Under the pieces are notes generated by a model. That model had not been told where the DNA came from. It saw only the letters and a program-made list of their open reading frames with translations, and ran no database searches. Made by a program: the position numbers and the translations under genes. A stretch of DNA of 63,887 bases, filler included, from a bacterium (lineage in GTDB: Bacteria > JACRDZ01 > JAQUKH01): assembly GCA_028719205.1 (NCBI GenBank). It is 3 parts of 3 records of this genome, joined end to end, with 100 filler letters (N's around TTAATTAATTAA, not from the genome) between each part and the next. Parts side by side here need not be neighbours in the genome. Positions count along the whole stretch, not along the records: positions 49,876 to 63,887 come from JAQUKH010000048.1; 2 more parts are not named here. One strand, 5' to 3'. Within the stretch, counting starts at the first letter, position 1. Each line of letters begins with the position of its first letter. Shown one piece after another: positions 59,416 through 63,887 of this stretch.

Positions 59416-59473
59416 TCAGCGTTCAGCATCTTTCAGCTAATTATTGCTTTTGCTGATAGCTGATAACTAACCG
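59407..59473. repeat. Inverted heptamer-repeat element (TCAGCnn / GCTGAnA), copy 1
   Basis: TTTCAGCATTCAGCGTTCAGC...TTTCAGCTAATTATT...GCTGATAGCTGATAACT. Confidence 0.7.
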
Positions 59474-59487
59474 CTTGTTTGCTATTC

Positions 59488-59940
59488 TTACGGATTATGG
59501 TTACCTGTCTTTACATTGCTCACCCAGATATTATCTGTTCCCGCTCCGCTGGCTGTCACCGCATCGGCGCCAAGCGTTATCGTTCCGGGTGCTCCATCAG
59601 GCCCGACGCTGTAAATAACATAATAACTGCTCGTTGTCGTATCCAAATCGTATGAATATTTTGTTGTACCGAAAGGATCGTTCGGAACCTCATCAATAAT
59701 CCTGTTTGTCTGATTCACTAAAAGTGTATCCCATCCGGCTTTTGCAGGGTACGCGTTATTATTATTTTTATATATCTCAACAGCCGTTTTAAGAGACCTC
59801 AACTCTGACATTGCCTGCTTTTTCTTCGCGTCAGTTTGGATCCCGGAAAACCTCGGAACAAGAATAGCCACCAAAATTCCAATAACAGCGATTACAACTA
59901 AGATTTCCAACAAAGTAAAACCTTTTTCTTTTTGCGACAT
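59488..59940 (-). CDS. Major pilin/pseudopilin (GspG-like), copy 1
   Basis: KG|FTLLE, YP, DPFG..Y.Y and YSVGPDG; SD AAGGAGG. Confidence 0.88.
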   Translation of the reverse strand: MSQKEKGFTLLEILVVIAVIGILVAILVPRFSGIQTDAKKKQAMSELRSLKTAVEIYKNNNNAYPAKAGWDTLLVNQTNRIIDEVPNDPFGTTKYSYDLDTTTSSYYVIYSVGPDGAPGTITLGADAVTASGAGTDNIWVSNVKTGNHNP

Positions 59941-59960
59941 TTTTGTCACCTCCTTTAAAA

Positions 59961-60038
59961 TTATTTAATAACCTTCATCATGTCAAAGATCGGCAAAAAT
60001 AGCGATAAAGCTATAAATCCAATCACAACTGCTATAAA
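59961..60038 (-). pseudogene. Duplicated last 26 codons of pilC/gspF
   Basis: Translates FIAVVIGFIALSLFLPIFDMMKVIK*; 69/78 nt identical to 60519-60596. Confidence 0.9.
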
Positions 60039-60045
60039 ATAGTTC

Positions 60046-60498
60046 TTATGGGTTATGGGTACCTGTCTTACAATTGCTCACCCAGATATTATCCGCTCCT
60101 GCTCCGCTGGCTGTCACCGCATCAGATCCAACCGTTATCGTACCAACGGATCCATCAACTCCAACGCTGTAAATAACATAACACCCGCTCGTTGCAGTAT
60201 CCAAATCGTATGAATATTTTGTTGTACCGAAAGGATCGTTCGGGACCTCATCAATAACCCTGCTCGTCTCCGCTAATAAAAGTGTATCCCATCCAGCCGC
60301 CGCAGGATACGCATTATTATTATTTTTATACATTTCTACAGCCATTTTAAGAGACTTCAAATCTGCCATTGCCTGTTTTTTCTTCGCGTCAGTTTGAATA
60401 CCGGAAAATCTCGGAACAAGAATAGCCACCAAAATTCCGATAACAGCAATTACAACTAAGATTTCCAACAAAGTAAAACCTTTTTCTTTTTGCGACAT
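60046..60498 (-). CDS. Major pilin/pseudopilin (GspG-like), copy 2
   Basis: Same length and identical N-terminal helix as copy 1; differences lie in the globular part. Confidence 0.88.
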   Translation of the reverse strand: MSQKEKGFTLLEILVVIAVIGILVAILVPRFSGIQTDAKKKQAMADLKSLKMAVEMYKNNNNAYPAAAGWDTLLLAETSRVIDEVPNDPFGTTKYSYDLDTATSGCYVIYSVGVDGSVGTITVGSDAVTASGAGADNIWVSNCKTGTHNP

Positions 60499-60518
60499 TT
60501 TTGTCATCTCCTTTAAAA

Positions 60519-61739
60519 TTATTTAATTACTTTCATCATATCAAAGATCGGCAAAAATAGCGACAGTGCTATAAACCCGATCACAACTGCCATAAAACTG
60601 ATTATTAAAGGTTCTATCATCGTGGTTAGATTCTTGACCGCGTAATCCACCTGCCGGTCATAATCATCAGCCACACGCCCCAGTGCTTGATCCAATCTGC
60701 CTGTTTCCTCGCCGATACTGACCATCTGCGAAACTATCGCAGGAAACTCGCCGGTTTTCTCTATCGCCTTCGTAACTTTTTCACCTTCCCTGATCGATTT
60801 GATAATATCATTTACCGTATTCTCGATTATCACGTTATCCAGATTTTCCCGGGAAACCTCCAGAGATTTCAATATATCTAATCCGCTTTCTAACATTATT
60901 TCCATTGACCTGCTGAACCTGGAAACAGATATTTTACGGAATAGTTTTCCAAAAACAGGAAGTTTAAGCTTTAACCTGTCAAGATTGTATCTTCCAATTT
61001 CCGTCCTAATATAAAATTTAGCAGACGCTATGAATATTGCAATACCTATCAGGACAAAATGCCAATCGTCTTTAATAAAACGTCCCAGCACATATATAAC
61101 CTTCGTCGGGCCGGGCAGTTCCACCCCTGCCTTCGTGAAAACCGCGATAAATTTTGGAAAAACAAATATAACCAGAAAAAGGATCACCATCATAGCCACG
61201 GTTATTAATATTATCGGATAACTCAGCGCAGACTTTACCTTTGCGCCAAGGTCAACCTCTTTTTCCAAAAATATCGCCATTCTCTCGAAAACATCATCTA
61301 AACGGCCCGTCTCTTCTCCAACCTTTACAGTGCTGACAAATAAATTATTAAATACTTCAGGATATTTTGATAACGCGTCTGAGATCGATACCCCTTCTTC
61401 TATATCGGTTTGTATTTTTTTCAGTATATTTTTAAATTTTTTATTTTCTATCTGGTCGACAAGAACAGAAAACGCCCGTGTTATTGTTAAACCCGACCGC
61501 AGCATGGAGGATAACTGCCTGGCAAAATATGCCGTCTCGGATTTTTTTATTGATGATAGATCTCTAAGCAAAATGTTTTTAAAAAAAAATTCCTTTTCCG
61601 TTTCCACCCGTTCAATACTTGAAATAAAATGTCCCTGATCAGTAAGGCGTTTTAATATTTCATCTTCATCGGAGGCATCTATCGTTCCTTCAACCGGCTC
61701 TCCGGATTCGTCTCTTCCTTGATATTTATATTTTGGCAT
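60519..61739 (-). CDS. pilC: Type IV pilus/T2SS inner membrane platform protein (PilC/GspF)
   Basis: RQLSSML.SG, GEETG.L twice, A..YP and IEP. Start set at ATG 61739. Confidence 0.92.
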   Translation of the reverse strand: MPKYKYQGRDESGEPVEGTIDASDEDEILKRLTDQGHFISSIERVETEKEFFFKNILLRDLSSIKKSETAYFARQLSSMLRSGLTITRAFSVLVDQIENKKFKNILKKIQTDIEEGVSISDALSKYPEVFNNLFVSTVKVGEETGRLDDVFERMAIFLEKEVDLGAKVKSALSYPIILITVAMMVILFLVIFVFPKFIAVFTKAGVELPGPTKVIYVLGRFIKDDWHFVLIGIAIFIASAKFYIRTEIGRYNLDRLKLKLPVFGKLFRKISVSRFSRSMEIMLESGLDILKSLEVSRENLDNVIIENTVNDIIKSIREGEKVTKAIEKTGEFPAIVSQMVSIGEETGRLDQALGRVADDYDRQVDYAVKNLTTMIEPLIISFMAVVIGFIALSLFLPIFDMMKVIK

Positions 61740-61742
61740 AAT

Positions 61743-61822
61743 TTTCAAGCTTTCAGCAATCAGCATTCAGCTTTCAGCTAATTATTTTCTTGTTTTTGCT
61801 GACAACTGATAGCTGATAGCTA
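61743..61822. repeat. Inverted heptamer-repeat element, copy 2
   Basis: TTTCAGCAATCAGCATTCAGCTTTCAGCTAATTATT...GCTGACAACTGATAGCTGATAGCT. Confidence 0.72.
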
Positions 61823-63508
61823 TCTTATCACTTCATCCTGCGTCACTCTTATAAGTTCTTCAATTGTAGTTTTTCCTTCCGTAACTAAATATAGTCCTTC
61901 CTCCCGCAAACTAAGCATTCCCATTTTTCTGGCCTCTTTAGTAATAACCTCAGGCGCCGCCTTCGACACGATCAGTGCTTTTATTTCATCATTAGGCACC
62001 ATAATTTCATAGATACCGAGCCTTCCCTTATAACCTGTATAACTGCATTGTTTACAGCCTTTGCCTCTGTGAAAAACCGGGAGATTCTTTTTATCCGGGA
62101 ATAATCCTTTTATTATATCTTCTCTGGGTTTATATTCTTCTTTGCAATTCGGGCATATAAGCCGCACAAGCCGCTGAGCTATCGCTCCGATCAACGAGGC
62201 GGATACAAGAAAAGGCTCAACCCCCATATCAATAAGCCTGGTTGCCGTGCTCGGGGCATCGTTAGTATGAAGCGTGCTTAATACGAGATGCCCGGTAAGA
62301 GCAGCCTGAATAGCTATTTCCGCTGTTTCCAGATCCCTTATTTCACCCACCATAATTACGTCCGGATCCTGCCTTAATATGGACCTTAAACCTGCGGCAA
62401 AAGTCCAGCCCGCTTTTGGATTGATCTGCGACTGGTTTAATATATTCATCTGGTATTCCACGGGATCCTCAAGTGTTATTATATTTCTTTCAAGGGTATT
62501 TATTTCCTGCAGAGCGGCATACAAGGTTGTTGTCTTTCCGCTTCCTGTAGGCCCCGTTACAAGCATTATCCCATAAGGCTGTTTTATTATATTATTAAAA
62601 AGATCAAATTCTTTAGATGTAAATCCCAGTTCCTTAATGCCATACATCACTCCTGTCTTTCTGAGTAGTCTTATTACTATTTTCTCGCCTAAAATAACAG
62701 GATATGACGACACTCTTAGATCTATTTTTTCACCTTCATAAGTAAACTCAATATGTCCATCCTGCGCGATACGTTTTTCGGCGATATTCATACCCGCCAA
62801 TACCTTTATTCTCGAGACAATAACCGGCTGAAGACGCGTCGGCAGCTGCAGAACTTCATGCAGAACACCGTCAATGCGATAACGAACCCTTAAAACATTC
62901 TGGTTGGGTTCAATATGAATATCCGAAGCCTTATCCTTGACCGCCTGCATGATCATCAAATTTACCGCTTTAACTACCGGTACCTCTTCAATCGCTTCTA
63001 TCCCCTTTTTTCCGGTTCTTTTAATTTCAATCTCCAATCCCGCGCCTATATCATCCACTGTTTTTGCTATAGCCTCTGAAATTTTATAGCTCTGTAGAAT
63101 GGCATTCATAATATCAGTCTCGCCGGAAACCACCACCTCTACAGTTTTCCCTGTTTCGTTGTATATCTTATCAATGGCCGATATATCCAGAGGGTCCGCC
63201 ATCGCGACCGTCAGGGTATCGGCGATTTTAAACAAAGGGATCAGTTTGCATTTCCTCGCCGTATCTTCCGGTATTAATTTTATAACCTCCGGATCGATCG
63301 CGTAATCCGTCAGATCCATATAGGGCACATTCAAGGCATCCGCGCGCGTCCGGGCAATATCTTTTTCAGTAACAAAGCCCAGGTTCTCCAGTGTCTTTTC
63401 CAAAGGCAAATTTTTCCGCTTTGATTCTTCCTTTGCCTTGTCGATCGCGTCTTGAGTAATTAAATTCCGGCTTAACAATAATTCAATTATATCTATTTTT
63501 TGAGGCAT
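61820..63508 (-). CDS. pilB: Assembly ATPase (PilB/GspE)
   Basis: ASDIHIEP, GPTGSGKTT, RQDPDVIMVGEIRD, TLHTN and two CxxC. Confidence 0.93.
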   Translation of the reverse strand: MPQKIDIIELLLSRNLITQDAIDKAKEESKRKNLPLEKTLENLGFVTEKDIARTRADALNVPYMDLTDYAIDPEVIKLIPEDTARKCKLIPLFKIADTLTVAMADPLDISAIDKIYNETGKTVEVVVSGETDIMNAILQSYKISEAIAKTVDDIGAGLEIEIKRTGKKGIEAIEEVPVVKAVNLMIMQAVKDKASDIHIEPNQNVLRVRYRIDGVLHEVLQLPTRLQPVIVSRIKVLAGMNIAEKRIAQDGHIEFTYEGEKIDLRVSSYPVILGEKIVIRLLRKTGVMYGIKELGFTSKEFDLFNNIIKQPYGIMLVTGPTGSGKTTTLYAALQEINTLERNIITLEDPVEYQMNILNQSQINPKAGWTFAAGLRSILRQDPDVIMVGEIRDLETAEIAIQAALTGHLVLSTLHTNDAPSTATRLIDMGVEPFLVSASLIGAIAQRLVRLICPNCKEEYKPREDIIKGLFPDKKNLPVFHRGKGCKQCSYTGYKGRLGIYEIMVPNDEIKALIVSKAAPEVITKEARKMGMLSLREEGLYLVTEGKTTIEELIRVTQDEVIR

Positions 63509-63528
63509 TATTAACTCCCATGAATCTA

Positions 63529-63887
63529 TTAATTATTCAATAATTTTTTTATTCTTTGAAGCAGATCCTTTGAGTCAAACGGTTTGGTAACATAATCATC
63601 AGCACCGACTGATTTTCCCATTTCTTTATCAGAATCCTGCACACGCGCGGAAAATAAAATTATAGGGATTTTTTTGTATTTATCATCGAATTTAAGCAAC
63701 CTGCAGACTTTGTAACCGTCCAGTTTCGGAAGCATCAGATCCAAAACTATCAAATCCGGATTTTCACTTTTAGCTTTTTCCAAACCCTCCTGCCCGTCGC
63801 CGGCGGTAACGACCTCATAATTATTTGCCTCCAGCCTTGCTTTCAGAACATCAACCAGTTCAGTTTCATCATCGACTATTAATATCT
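63529..63887 (-). CDS. Single-domain response regulator, 5'-truncated by window edge
   Basis: Frame is open to the edge: ILIVDDE...LDLMLP.LDG...KPF. Confidence 0.9.
   Translation of the reverse strand, partial: ILIVDDETELVDVLKARLEANNYEVVTAGDGQEGLEKAKSENPDLIVLDLMLPKLDGYKVCRLLKFDDKYKKIPIILFSARVQDSDKEMGKSVGADDYVTKPFDSKDLLQRIKKLLNN

Noticed and set aside
59488-60507. Pilin pair as DGR template and variable repeats
   Set aside because: Differences are not adenine-specific, both copies are intact genes, and no reverse transcriptase is in the window.

Overview
AT-rich bacterial DNA from a diderm organism (secretin, TonB/ExbBD, AsmA-like gene). It is three contigs joined by artificial 100-nt N spacers containing TTAATTAATTAA (25974-26073, 49776-49875), so adjacency across the spacers means nothing. 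Contig 1 (1-25973) carries a complete integron: intI, divergent promoters, attI and six attC-bounded cassettes on the minus strand. One attC is split by an IS1111-type IS110 element whose 3' non-coding region holds guide-like matches to both its target and its own circle junction. An IS1182-type element starts at the core of the last attC. intI overlaps priA by one base, and SIMPL, secreted proteins, PBP1A, rlmN, glgX, a 21-repeat LVIVD protein and signalling genes follow. Contig 2 has a four-gene run of M50-like peptidase, AsmA-like protein, an Mre11/SbcD with three broken catalytic motifs and a Rad50/SbcC with a hydrophobic hairpin instead of a zinc hook. It also has iscS, an NHL-multiheme cytochrome, thiN, a TonB/ExbBD/TPR cluster, ogt, an M23 peptidase, acyP and partial lysC. 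Contig 3 is a type IV pilus/T2SS-like cluster with an embedded ParA, a PilM-PilN fusion carrying two ParB-like N-terminal peptides, and duplicated pilins separated by a synonymously diverged copy of the pilC tail. All calls come from reading motifs by eye; no searches were run.
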